A stretch of 64,000 bases of DNA from the NCBI GenBank assembly GCA_900088475.1, contig FLMG01002416.1:1-64000 (forward strand), given 5' to 3'. The stretch's first letter is position 1; every line of letters starts with the position of its first letter. The stretch is from Hyphochytrium catenoides. Taxonomy: Eukaryota; Protista; Hyphochytriomycota. The notes under the pieces were generated by a model that was not told the origin of the DNA, ran no database searches, and worked only from the letters and a program-made list of their open reading frames with translations. Below are positions 1 to 16,560 of the stretch, one piece after another. A program made the translations under genes and the position numbers.

Positions 1-1575
<1,575 letters not shown>

Positions 1576-2661
1576 TAGGATCCTTTAACCAACCAACCTT
1601 TTCTGGCAGAAGGAAAGATAACATAGCACGAGGTTCTATAGACAATAAGCATGCCCGAGAGCGAACCTGCCTGGCAGAGGTCGGCCGGGTCCTCTCAATT
1701 GTCAGCTCCTTATTACTCTATAATTGAATGAACGATTAGTCTAGGGTTCTGTTGGATGTCTCGCTCACTGTGTTGTTCATAAACAACCAATCCCTAGGTT
1801 AGAAAGCCTCACAACTCAACCTGTTGGGACGGAAAGCGAAAGGGCATCATGTCCGGGGAGAGAGAGAGAGACCTTGATCTGGGGAGGAGAGACAGTGGCG
1901 TAGGAAGCAAGAAGGGCGTTCTCTCAAGGAAGCAGCAGGTGGGAGCAGGGAGAGTGAGCAGCATCAGCCCAAACTTACAGATACATGGAGGCAATGATTC
2001 AGAGAAGAGGGGAGAGACTCAAGACTCATAGAAGAGAACGCAGAGTCCGCGAGACAGAGTGAGCTAGAGGTATGACGGTTATTATAGCTGCAAACGGCAG
2101 TATGCGTCAATCAAACGAACAGCAATAACACGTACACGGACGGACCCAATGTTGGGCTTTGGTTCTGCACGTTTAGTCTTACAATCTCTTTTGAGTGCTT
2201 TTCAGCGGCTCTAGCCCTAGGATCTGAGACTGGTCGCCGCCATTTGTGTGAATCCCCCAGATTCCTAGGGCCACCGGAGCCGATTTGTGCCCTATGAACC
2301 GCCAGCCGCCCTCCTCTGATTACTACCGAAGGCCTCATACCTCTCCACCGCTGTTCAAGCTCCATAGTAACTCTACGTGTCAGGAGCTTTTGGCAGGCTC
2401 TGTCTGCCGCATCAGGAGCTTTATCGAGACTGCGATATCAGGAGCGGCAAGCAGAGCTGCAAGCAGACACGAAGCACTAGAGAGCCCCGGACTTCGGGCG
2501 TTCCTTCCTCCCGCTGACGCGGCTCTGTAGGCTCTCATTGCTCTTGCTCGGCCTTGCTTCCTAGTGGCCGCTGTAAGGAAGTGCCTCAAGAGGTCACGGG
2601 CATTCTTAGTCTGCGGGTAAGGCTTACGGACCCTTATAGTTGCAGTGTAGCCTCCATCACC

Positions 2662-3981
2662 ATGTTCCAGTGGGTGGGAGAGAAGTTAAATGTCAAGAAC
2701 TTGGGGGAGATCCTGGCGCCGTCGCTCTCTCCCGAGCAAGAGCTTCACAAGGCCCTTGAAGATGGGCTTTTAGATAAGGCACAATTGCTGGTTGAAGAGA
2801 GAGGCGTTGATCATAACGCACTCAGTAATGCCGGCAATATTCCAATGCATACTGCGGCGTATTATGGCCGCGATAGCTTCATTGATTATCTCCTCATGCG
2901 AGGTGTAGACGTCAACGCTAGAGGTGCTAGAGAGAACACGCCAATGCACTACGCCGCCGCGCAGGGCAAGTTTCAGACCGTGAAGCTGCTCGTTAGTCGG
3001 GGCGGCAATCCAGCGCTAAAGAATGACTCAGGAAGAACACCATATGACGTAGCGGTAGGGGACAACCTACGGCAGTACCTTTTACCTCTGCAATTTCAAA
3101 GAGAAGATCCAGCCGAGGCGGCCAGAGTCCTGGGCACCTTAGCGTCCATGGGCATCACGCCCACTAGAGAGATATCTTCTGGCCCTGTGGCTCCCCCTCC
3201 AGTTATCCCTCCTCCTCCTGCGGGAGGCTATCCAGGCATGCATCAGTCAACGTCTCCTCTCTCTGGACCCCCAGGCATGGTTATTCCGCCGCCACCACCT
3301 GCGGGCGTACCGTATGCGCCGCAAATGGCGGGAATGAACTCGGCAGGCAAGCGCTTGGATCCTAAGATCTTCCGCCCGATCAAGGCGGACGGTTTTGGGA
3401 CAACTGTCGGCAATCCTGAGCTTTCGGCCAAGTATGGCAATCAAAACATCGTCAAAGAGGTCGCTCCTCCTCCTCCAATGATGGGACCACCAGGGGCTAC
3501 TTCGCCCCCCCATGCGGCAGTCCCAGTGCCTCAGTCCGCCCCTACCCTTCCCGTTGCAGCTCCTCAATATCCTACCTTTGCGGCACCAGGGGCAAACCCT
3601 TACGCCAGAGGCCGATACACAACCTATGATCCACATACGAACTCTGGTCAAGCATTCGTACCCACTGTACAAGCGCACGGGGGAGACCAGCAGTCTCCAT
3701 CTCTCCCTCAGCCACCAATGGTGGCTCGACCTAATGTGCAGATTTTCAACCCCATTCAGGGCCAAGGAGGAGCGCTCTCTCAAGTCAACACTCCGTCCCA
3801 TCCCGCACCTGTGCAGGTCACTCCTCCGGGATCTCAGGGCTCTCAGGGCTCGGTGAAGGGATTTGCTCCCCCTCCAGTACTTCCCCAACAAGCCATACCA
3901 GGACCTCCAGGACCTTTTGCGACGCCTCCTCCTCGGCCTGTATCATCTCACGCTCCAGTCGCATCNTTAGCGGAAAGATAA
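2662..3981 (+). CDS. Ankyrin-repeat protein with long proline-rich C-terminus (single exon)
   Basis: ATG at 2662. Ankyrin repeats GNIPMHTAAYYG, ENTPMHYAAAQG and GRTPYDVA, followed by a poly-Pro region. An N at 3966 makes the 3' end uncertain. Confidence 0.85.
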   Translation: MFQWVGEKLNVKNLGEILAPSLSPEQELHKALEDGLLDKAQLLVEERGVDHNALSNAGNIPMHTAAYYGRDSFIDYLLMRGVDVNARGARENTPMHYAAAQGKFQTVKLLVSRGGNPALKNDSGRTPYDVAVGDNLRQYLLPLQFQREDPAEAARVLGTLASMGITPTREISSGPVAPPPVIPPPPAGGYPGMHQSTSPLSGPPGMVIPPPPPAGVPYAPQMAGMNSAGKRLDPKIFRPIKADGFGTTVGNPELSAKYGNQNIVKEVAPPPPMMGPPGATSPPHAAVPVPQSAPTLPVAAPQYPTFAAPGANPYARGRYTTYDPHTNSGQAFVPTVQAHGGDQQSPSLPQPPMVARPNVQIFNPIQGQGGALSQVNTPSHPAPVQVTPPGSQGSQGSVKGFAPPPVLPQQAIPGPPGPFATPPPRPVSSHAPVAXLAER

Positions 3982-4482
3982 GACCATAGTGATAGGGGAG
4001 AGATCAGAGAAAGAGACCTAGACAATCAGCATCAATTTACAGCGGAGGTTCGGCGTTCTACCTCTTTTTCTATCGACAGAAATTGGTGAGTAACTATCAG
4101 TGAGAAGACGCTGACAGTCTCTTTAGAATCGTCCATGGGTCGTAGCTTTGTGAACTCTTAGAATGGCAAAGAGGATAAAACGTTTACTGAGCTTAATCAC
4201 GTTGTAGAAAGGACAAGCAGAAGACCCAAAGGAAGTCATGGTGCTATCAGAGAGTGGAGGATGCTATAAGATCATTAAGAATGTCCTCCAAGTGCTCGGC
4301 ATAGCGCTGGCCACTGGGTGACTGTAAGTGGTCTGAAGAAGAAGGAAGATACTAGAGCTGTCTATGGTGTGATAGGGCGAAGAGAGACGCATGATTAGTT
4401 CAGGAGAAATTTGTCATTAGCTATTTGCATAATGAGCGTACCACGTTTTAGGTGGCGCTCTAACAAGTCATCTGGGCCATAA

Positions 4483-6876
4483 TTACCGCGGGATCACTCG
4501 CCTCAGGCTCATAATGTGGGCCACGGTGGTCTCATAAAGTCGCTGAGCCCCATTAAAATAGGGCAATTGCAACCAAAGGAGTATAGCAAGCTTCGTATGG
4601 TACCAAAGAGGAAGCCATCCGAAGACAGACGACAAGCGGTCATGGAAGTATTCAAAGACGAAGAGAACAACGAAAAATCTTAACCACCGTTCGACGATGG
4701 GCAGCAACACGCCACTGCTCGCAGGGGAGGTTACTTCTCCTCCTTTAGATGGACTTTTCTTCTTCTCCTCAGTCTGAGGTCCACCGAGAAGGATGCCGTT
4801 CTTCTGGACAATGTTGAGCACTTTCATAGCCGAGTATGCCGGTATGCAGTAAGCAACAAGGAGTGTCCCGAGGTAGGTTAGGAACGAAGGAGTGAAAAAG
4901 AAGAAAAAACCAAGGAGAAGGTATCCGCTGTGCGCCAGCAAATCACTCAGCATATCCCTTCTTTCCTTTGTGAGAACGCCCATCGTCACAAGCATGTTCA
5001 GCAGGAAATTACTCTGCTGGCTGTCCACGGTTGGCACTGCGACTGTGACATGCCTGTGAGGAAGTAAGACTGCCGTCAGAGAGACTGCGGTTAAGCGAGT
5101 CAGGGGCGGGACGACGCGTCAAACAAAGTAAAAGACTGCTTCTTCGGTGTGTCAGAAGGGATGAAAATTGATGGGAACAAGTGCTTAAGGGTATAAAAGC
5201 ATGGGGGGAATACGGAAATGTGGTGAGCACGGGCGGGGGATAAAACAGCTTACGCAGAGCCAAGATGTATAGTGAGGCAAAGGCCGAATAGGAGCGAGTA
5301 GATGGAGAGGTGAGTAGGCTATCCACCACTTTCGCAGCAGGATCTTCCACACGTCGCTATTACCTGTTAACAATGGGCACAAGGATCCTATAGATCACGG
5401 TACTTCCTTCTACGCCTGGGAACTGAAGCCAGAAGAAAAGTACAGCCCACAGAGGTCCTGTGCCTTGTAAGGACGGCTGCAGCCGGCTTGGAACGAAGAC
5501 CAGAAGCGTCTCCATAGCTCTACCGACAGCGCAAAAGACAGCAAGAACCACCCAATACTGCAGACAAAGCGGGAGGCTCCGTAGTGCTCGTTGATACTCT
5601 CTCTGTTGCTTCGACTGCACGTGTCGTTTAGACTTCATGCTCTCTTCTGCCTTGGCACCAGCTCCTGTCTTTTCCGTATTTGTCTGCTCTTCGTCCTCTT
5701 CCACCTCCCGCTCTTTTTCCTCCTCTTTCTCTCCTAGGCGACCTTCTTGCTCCCGTATAGCGTTGAGCGTAAGGACAGAGCGAACTAACGGGTAGTAGAA
5801 GCCCGGAATGTACACGATCAAGCTGTCAGGGCTAATGCCATAGAGCACAGCCGGGAGAAAGTACAGCGAAGCAACTATGGGAATAAAGAAGAGGACGTGA
5901 GGGAGAGCCGCAGCAGCCACTCTTGACTTCTCTCTTACACTCTGGGACACCCGAAGATACCTTCTCCTGATATTCTGCCGAACTTGCCGAACTCTGGTCC
6001 TCAACCTTCCTATGTATCCCTGACGCCTAATGAACTCTATCAGCCCTAAACCACCAGCACAGGCTGCGAGAACCTTCGGGTCTTGCTCCATGAGGAATGA
6101 CCAAAGAGCCTCTGAAAGGTACCGGACATGTGGAAAGCAGGCTTTTGACGTCGTGACCACTGCCATCATAATGGGTCGCAGAATCAGCATCCATAGCGTG
6201 GTCAGAGCTCGTACTAGGGCTAAGAGAAGGACAAGCACTTCGAGTATAGCCTGCCCTATCTCTGTCCAGTCTGTCTTACTAATGAAGTCGGGAAGGCTCT
6301 CTCTTACTTTGGCATCCACGGTCAATGTCGGCGTCACTCTCGCGATGAGAAACTTCAGATATCTCTTTATACAGCAACGGCGGGCGATAGAGAAGGGCGA
6401 TGAACAGAAGGTCAGAGACGACAGAGCGAAAGAAGAGAAAGAAATATCAGAGCCCTTACCATCATTCGAGGCTCGACATCGTCATAGTAGATTGGAGCGG
6501 GCATGAAGTTCGGATCTTCGCTTTCAATGGTGACCGGCTCCGAGTCCTCGGCTAGGTTGACGTTCTCTTCCAAACGTAGTGGAAGATCTCCGTCTGCGTC
6601 TGCATGAAGCTCCATTCTGTGCTGTTGCACATCCAAGGCATCTGGGGCATGGACGGAGCCGCAGACTGCTGACCTATCACTCCCGGGACCATCAGAAATG
6701 GAGGGAGACGCAGCTGCACAGCTGGTGCTTGAAATATCCTCCAAATCGTTCAGCGAAAGACCTGGGGCTATGGGCAGACAGGGGATGACGCACAGTAGCA
6801 AAGCCACACTATTCTTCCTCCAAATCATCTTGTTTGCCGCTATATTTCGTTCTCGGCACTTTACGGCGCTGCCCAT
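4483..6876 (-). CDS. Membrane protein with two tandem TB2/DP1/HVA22 (REEP-like) domains, 3 exons
   Basis: ORFs 6412-6876, 5360-6337 and 4483-5037 join in phase through GT-AG introns (MM|RYLK; NR|HVTV). Two HVA22-type motifs: QYWVV..LFFWLQFPGVEGSTVIY and RWLRFFVV..WLPLWYHTKLAILLWLQLPYFNGAQRLY. Signal-peptide-like stretch after Met 6828. Confidence 0.75.
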
Positions 6877-7690
6877 GCTACATATCCATGCGCCACCCTT
6901 AACTTACAATAAACACATAGCAACGCTCAGTCTGCGCAGGCGGCCTAGCTCACCAGTATAGGATAGGCTCCATCATTTGCAGCAGATCGGATGCGGAGAG
7001 CGACCCGTAAACTTCCGACGACCTAAGGCAGAGTATCCTCTGATAGCCCGCCTCACTGAATCCACCTCGCAGAGCTACTAGTCTCAACTGAGCAACCTGA
7101 GCTTCAGCGATGGCTCTCATAGGAGCTCGGTCTCCAAGAGCTGCATCTCCAGGTACAGAACGATCTCCCAGACATCTGGAAAAGCGTTCAAGAGATTCAC
7201 AGCAACCGGCACCAAAGGAACCACTCTATCACGAATAACAAACGGCCTATCAGGGATAACGATAGGAGAATGCCCAACCAGATTACCCTAATAGGTTACT
7301 AGGGTCCCTGTTTAGCTCTTTGAACATAATCAAGTTCTTGTGGAACTCGATGCCGTTCCGAAGGATACTGGGTATCCACCCATACTACCCATGAGGCGGA
7401 ACGATCAAGAGTTTTTTTGCTTGCGATTCTTCCTTTCCCATCAGCAGCAAGCAACTCGGCCCTGTCAGCGCCGCCAGAGCTCCGGCTGAAGAGAGATCAC
7501 TCGCTGCATTCTCGAGCTTTGCTGCGCCCATTGCAAGGCTCCCATCATAGTTACTCTCTTTACCGTCTCTTTAACCTACGTTCGGGAATCTCTGGGCCTA
7601 GTCATTCTGTGTGATCGCCTCTCTTCTTTCTTAACTGACACCCTGTTTTCTGGTCAAGAGGCTCCTTGAGTCGCTGCGGCACCAAGAAAG

Positions 7691-10013
7691 ATGAATTTCA
7701 TAGAGGAGCAGGCCAATAAATATCCTGAGCTCTCTGAAGATTATTCACAGATTGGAGACCTTTTTAATAGAAAGTAAGTCAGCTTTAGCTCACCAATCCT
7801 CCGTCAGTGCCTTAGCTTTCCTGCCAACACAGGCTATACCACCAGTTATCGGAGAAGCTTGATGCCTTCGTCAACAACCCTAACAACAGTCGCGATGAGA
7901 ACTTCATTGACGTAAGTGCTGTCAAATATATGTAGAGCTTCTGAGCTCTCTCCCGATCAGAAGCTGACGCTCTTTCCTTGAACGTATCAGCTTTATATAC
8001 ACTTCGTCCGACCTATTGAGGCCAAACTGAATCAGCTTCGGCTAGTGCAGCTGGTAGCCCTGATATCCCGACAGTACAAAGGTAAGTACAGAGCATCACC
8101 CTACCTTAGCATCATTGAGCTAGCTCTTTCCGTCTCTGGGACGCTTCTATAAGCTGCTAAGGAATGCATTCATCGACCACATAAATCAGATCCACTCAAG
8201 GCAGTTAAGCTTCTGGAGACACTGGCAGAGAAGGAGCAGCGGCTCGGTGTTGAGGTATCACACTTTCTCTAGATCAAACCAGCTCCCATTCTCTTCTCCG
8301 TCTTCCTACTCCTTGCATTGCATCGTCGACCTATCTCCTACGATGACTAACGTTGGACCCATCCGTTTGCGATACCGTCCCATCTAGGCTCACCTAGTAT
8401 GCCTGATGGAGATTGGGCGCTACAAGGTTACACTTGGACAGACTGATGACGTGAAGACCCTGTTGGAGGAGAAGAGGCCAATTGTAGAGGGCTTGACAGG
8501 CGCTGAGCCTGTGGTGCACGCTTCATTCTATGGCCTGGCTGCCACCTACTTCAAGGTCAGACGTCGGCTTAGATCTGAAGTTTCGGGAGGGAAGAGGGTT
8601 TCAGGTTGATGGGGTGAAGGTGTAAGGATGACGTGATACTACCCAGACTGAGAATTAGACGATAGAGTGAAGGAGAAAAGGTCACCCAGTGCTTGTAGAG
8701 AGAAGCTTGGCATGGGGAGGCTAGATCAGGTCTCTGACTTTCTGCTCTATGTCCTCCACACTCTTTCTATCTACAGATGCTGGGTCCAGCTGACGCGTTC
8801 TATAAGAATGCGCTCATGTTCTTGGCCTACACGGACTATGATCAACTGACTGCAGCTGCCAAATTTGAACTGGCTACGGACATCTCCCTTGCTGCCTTGA
8901 GCGGAGAAGGTGTTTTCAACTTTGGAGAAGTAGTGAGTAGACGCTTACCTCCTGTGTGCAATGTTCAGTGCGACCGAAGCCTAACCAGGCTTACATTTTT
9001 GCCTCTAGCTGGCCACACCCATTCTTAAGGCATTAGAGGGCACTCCCAATCAATGGCTGTCGCAGCTCATGCATGCCTTCAATCGAGGAGACATTGACGC
9101 CTTCAACACGATAGTAGGCACACACGCTAAAGAGATCCAGGCACAGGTGAGAGAGAACGTGCCACCAGTTGAAATACGTCTGTTTGGCCTTAGTTTGCGT
9201 TGACTTTTGACTAGCCTTGGACTACGATCCTAAGCTTCTTTCTCCGTTTATTAAGCACTAACAAGGTATGCGACCTCATTTATCTCTTTCTCTTTCTATG
9301 TGCCTCGACCTTAGCCCTCCCTGGTTGCGAAGGAGGACTACATCAAGCAGAAGATTACTTTGCTTGCGTTGATGGAGCTAGTCTTCCATAAGCCTGCGCA
9401 CCAGCGGAATATCCCCTTCGCAGAGATTGCTGAGGCTATTCGCTTACCCCTTGAACAAGTAAGGGACGGCTAGGTGTTTATTGCAGATGGAGGTTGGCTC
9501 TGTCTGACCTAGAGCTAGCCTTTGACTGGAGTAACACGCGCTCTTCTAAAGTTATATGCGCTTTTGTTCACTGCACACCTATCACTGAGAACGCCAAATG
9601 TTTCTGCCTATTGGTCGGTGAGCTCACCTTTAGCATTGTTGGTTGCAGGTCGAATGGGTGGTCATGCGAGCGATGTCATTGAAGCTGATCAAGGGTACTA
9701 TTGACCAGGTGGAGCAGATGGTCCAGGTGACTTATGTGCAGGTCCGTACCGCGACGAGTTTTAATCTAAGAATAGCGGCTTATAGAGAACTAACTGTTTG
9801 CCTCCCGAATGTCTCTATCTCTCTTGTCCCCTCGCTCTTATCTTCTTGTCTACTTCGTCGTCCCCACCTCTTCCTCTTCTACACTTTCTGCCGCAGCCCC
9901 GAGTGCTGGATAACTCGCAGATTCAAGAGCTGACAGGCCGTCTGCAGGGCTGGGGAAAGAATGTCCAAGACTCTCTTCTATTCATCGAAGAACAGACTCC
10001 GGAGCTGTTCTAA
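7691..10013 (+). CDS. PSMD13: 26S proteasome non-ATPase regulatory subunit 13 (Rpn9), about 10 exons
   Basis: Spliced product MNFIEEQ..RK|LYHQL..KLNQLRLV..FYKNALMFLAY..LAALSGEGVFNFGE..KQKITLLALMELVF..EWVVMRAMSLKLIKGTIDQV..QPRVLD (PCI domain). All junctions are GT-AG and in phase. Confidence 0.93.
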
Positions 10014-10348
10014 GCTAGCGTCTCTCTTTAAGCCACACAAATAAAGATCTATCGCCCTTTCTCTTCTACACGAGCCGGAATGCGTTTAGAGTATGACCCG
10101 CGAGAGACTGCGAGAGGAGACGTTCGAAAGATTGGCGCGCACTGTGCGGATGCTGAAAGGGTACACAGAGAGCGAGCGCCACCATTGTGCATGTGAAAGT
10201 TAAGGACGGGTAGCCCCATGGATCCCGTTCGTGGGATAATAGACATGTTGCCCTCGCTGAAGTCTTGGCAACGACTGATAGCGGCTGAGGAAGAGTGGGC
10301 TCCAGCCAAGGAGAGACTGTCGCTGAGTGGTAGTAGACCATTGCTGTG

Positions 10349-12491
10349 CTACGTCCTGGGACGGTTCTGTCTCTCTTCACTCTTCTCTTTCCTCTTCCGT
10401 CGTCTCTCCAAGATCTGCGTGGCAGAAAGCGTCCGCCTTGTCTTCACTGCTACCATCGGCTCCTTCTTCTCTTCAGAAGTCGGCGATGTCACGTCCTCTG
10501 TCTTGGGTCTGTCCAGGTTAGGGGGAAAGCTCTGGTGCATTTGAGGAGAGGAGCGGCAGTATCTCCACCAAGCCATAAACCCGAGAAGCCTGATGAACAG
10601 TGCCTTTCGCTGAGCTTTCAGTCTCTTCAGCTCCCTCTGTCTTGCTTTGATAGTGTCATGGTACTGCTTGTACCTCATCCGCTGCAGCTCCTCCTGCTTC
10701 CGCCTCCACCATTTATCGCCTAGGAAGGCTGCTCGCATGCTCAATTGGAGCTTCAGGGCAGGGAAGAAGAGGGCTGGGTGCAGCCGATGAAGGTCTTTGA
10801 ACTCTGAGAAGTCGCATCTCCCGTCTCCGTTCTTATCCACTTGCTGCAGGACTTTAGGGACGTTGATGAGCGGAGTCTCTGCGTGAAGGGACCGGATCAG
10901 TTGCTCCAAGGTCTCCTAAAGGTTACGGAGGGACGTCACTTGAGACCAGAACGAAGTGGCTAGCTACAAAGTACTAGTGAAGAGCAAGCATGCTAAAGAA
11001 AAGCAGCTGACGATAAGGAGGAGACAGCGTGCTAGGTGCCCGGACAAAGATTAAGAGACAGAGGCCATAGGCCATAGGCGGGCCAGTCTAGAGGTCTGAC
11101 CATAGTGATATAGCCATTCTTCTGGACATCGACCACGTAGAAGGCGTCTGAGACCCGTGGCGGTGCATAGAGCGAGAGGTGAGAGAGGTACAAGGTCAGC
11201 AGCTTGCTCCCTTGCGTGCAAGTGTTTAAAAGGACGGAAAGGATCATAGTGGGTGTAGAAGAGCCAAAGGAGGTGCTGATCGCCCTGTTCAAGAGAGAGG
11301 AAGAAAGGATTGAAAAGGGAGCGAGGAGAGGTAGGAAGATGAGGAACAGGGGAAAGAGAGATGGCTATCAAGGGAAAAGGAAAAGAGCTCTGGTCTGTCG
11401 GTTCCTTACATTTCAATACATCCTCTTCCTCCATGAGACAGAAGGTTGTCAGTGTGTCGACGAACTGGGAGAAGTCCAGGGTCCCAGTAGTGCCATTCTC
11501 TATAAACATTGATGAAGAAAAGGGAGAAGCGACAGGTGCAAAAAGAGAGAAGAGAAGGTTGCATCTGGATGAGGCCGAGTTAGGGGCCTGCCAAAGAAGA
11601 TGTGTGCTCACTGACCTGTGAGAATGAAGAGATGATCGCCAAACTGCGTTCTTTTCTCCTTGATGCAGCGATAGAACTCATCAATGTCCAGGGCCCCACT
11701 GCGACTGTGCCCACCCCAAGCAGGACGAGGGTAGCACCAGAAATGCGGAGAAAGAGAGAAAAGTAAAGAGAGAGCAAAGACAGGAGAGAGGAGAGAGAGA
11801 GGAAAGTGACAATCGAGACCATCAGCGAGAGGGTGATTAAGGAGGGAATGCAGGGTCAGAGTCAAGGACCACAAAGCGGCAAACCATGCCATGAGGCACA
11901 TCTGTTCTACGTACTGCAGGGGAGAGAGAGAAAAAAGTGAGAGAGAGAGACAGAGAGAAAGACACAGAGAGAGAGAGAGAGAGAAAGAGAGTAGGTCGGG
12001 GGTGACGTTAGCCTCTCAGCAGTTAGAGACTTCCACTGTGAGTGTCGTACCCACCTCGTTATCCGCCGAGTCAAAAGCTGCCCGGAAGGTGATGAGGTCT
12101 TTCCCAGTCACTAAAGAGAAGGAGCGACAACCAAGAATATGAGGACTGCGGTTGAGAGAAGAATAGGGGGACGCGCATGAGGCAGACAAGAGAGGGCAAC
12201 ACGAGTCGAGAGACAAAGAGGAGGAGTGGGCAGTATATACGTGGTAATGAGAGTCAAGAGAGAACAAAGAGAGAGAGAGAGAGAAAGTGAGGAAAATGCG
12301 GAGTAAAGAACAGAAAAAAAGGATGATGGTCAAGAGAGAGGTCACTTCGTCATCAATACGAATGAGTAGGGATCGAAGAGACTGCACTCACGGTGCGCCC
12401 GTGCAATAGCTCGCTGCAAGCAGTCGTCCTGGAAGTTATTACTAGGAGCCAATCGCCCGTTGCCCGACAGCGCGGCCATCGCCCGAGCCAT
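10349..12491 (-). CDS. EF-hand calcium-binding protein (calcineurin-B-like) with basic C-terminal tail; start uncertain
   Basis: EF-loop-like motifs RSGALDIDEF, ENGTTGTLDFSQF, DVQKNGYITMETL and DKNGDGRCDFSEF spread over at least 6 exons. One junction is out of phase (see findings). Confidence 0.75.
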
Positions 12492-13548
12492 CTTTTTTGG
12501 GACACAAGGATAGATAAGACAGCTTCTGTGAAAGGGGATGCTCATATATCAAGGTCTTTACTCTCCGTCCCTCTCCCTCTATCCCTAGAACTATTCCAAC
12601 ACCTAGCTCCACTTACTTTTTCTCTGTGCTTGCCAGTCGCACGGCTTCCAGACAGACAACAAGTCCATCCCAGTGAGAGACCTTACATACGCTAGCAGTA
12701 GCGCACCTCCTGGTCAGAAGTGCCCTAACAACAGGCTCACCTGGCGCTGGTTCGGCACCAAGAGGATCATAGCTGGAGCCGCTGCGGTCTATCTCAGAGA
12801 GAGAAACAGAAGACAAAGGAGAGAAGGAAGGCTGGGCAGGCTGGCGGGCGCAAGGGACTAGGAAGGGATCGTCGCCCCGAGAGAGGCAGATGCTGAAGGA
12901 TGGCGCTCAGCTACCAGCACCATCGGTTGAAGAGAAGTATGTAAAACGGTAGTGGACGACAGGTCTCCCCCAGGAGTGATAGACTATCCGTTACATAGGG
13001 CAGAGAGCGTCGAGCCACTGATGACCTTACCCAGTGCGGAGTGCAGTGCGCCTTGCGGGCTTGCAAGGACCTGGCTGCTATTGATCCGTCAGTCAAACAA
13101 CATGTTGGAGTTCGACAGTTATTAGAGGAAGGTAAGAGATGGAAGGAGACAGCCAACGGCGATGCTGATTATGGCTTACATTCCAGTCTGTAGCTAGTCA
13201 TGCCATTGACTCAAGAAGCATCAAAGGCTACGCTCCGGTACTGTTAGCGCCCACCTGGGCATGAAGGCCCCTTGCGTGCGGTTATTACGACGGAGGGTGG
13301 GACTAGAGCACTCTACCCTTTTGCCAAAATTTCTAAGGAAGTGTCGGCGCTAGTCATAGTGTCATAGTGCATAGCAATCTTGAAGGATTGGGCCAAGTGT
13401 CCAGATAGTGTCCCCACTAGACCATGAAAGTGCTATGGCATGGTTCCCAAATAAGAAGCCGAACCTTACTACATGATGGAAGCGATAGATTTGAAGCATA
13501 GTAAGAACGATAACCCTACATCCTATCTGCGATTTTCCGGCGCCTCTC

Positions 13549-15755
<2,207 letters not shown>

Positions 15756-16424
15756 GGTTCTGAGGAGGAGATATGCACTTCCAGACCTTTAAAACGACAA
15801 CACCAATATCTCGCGAAACAGACTAGTTGATAGTTGACAGTAATATGCGGTGAGCACCTCTAAATGATCCTTCTGATATCCAGCAGACCAATAGAGGAGA
15901 CAGTTGGACTAGAACGGAACTCTGCCAGATCTGCAGCTCATCGGATTTTGTGTCTCCAGGAACGGAAACTTCATTTTGTGAGCGAAGCGGCAAGCGAAGA
16001 TACGGCAGGTGAATCTAAGCTTTCATAGGTCCCCATTGAAGGCCCAGCCCCATGAGATCCTAGGGGACCCTCATCGCATTTCCCTGTTTTGAAGGGCTTT
16101 CGGCGCAATTGTCGGGGGCATGTTATGATTAATCAGCTAGGACTGAGACAGCTGTCGACGACACTAGGCGCCGTGCTTCTCCTGGGGAATGTCTGTCCTG
16201 AACCGCAAAGGAATTCCATCTTCATCTGTCATGGAGAACAAGGACGAAGGACCCTGACTATTCTGAATATAGAACATTAGGTTGCGCTCTATACTCGATA
16301 GCGATCGAGATCAGCAATGCCCAAGGGGAGGTCTGGTTGGACGGTGATGGGTGATGGGTGCTGCTTGGTCTCAGCAGGAATCTCTATCTCCTCGCTCTAG
16401 CTGTACATTTGCCTGCTTTGACAC

Positions 16425-16468
16425 TGCGTCTGCATCTGCGTCTTCATCTCCGTCTGCGTCTGCATCTG
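16425..16468. repeat. Degenerate hexamer tandem repeat (TGCGTC/TGCATC) x7
   Basis: tgcgtc tgcatc tgcgtc ttcatc tccgtc tgcgtc tgcatc, in the divergent Rpt4/Mtr3 intergenic region. Confidence 0.7.
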
Positions 16469-16560
16469 GCAGAACAAGCAAGAGCTGAGCCATCTTTGGA
16501 TAGTTGAACAGCATAGTGGAGATATCTGCAGAGGGACCGTTACTATAAGAAGTACTAAAG

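Noticed and set aside
3243-3891. Antisense ORFs within real genes (also 32687-33621, 42292-43534 and 62184-62762)
   Set aside because: Shadow ORFs of coding sequence on the opposite strand.
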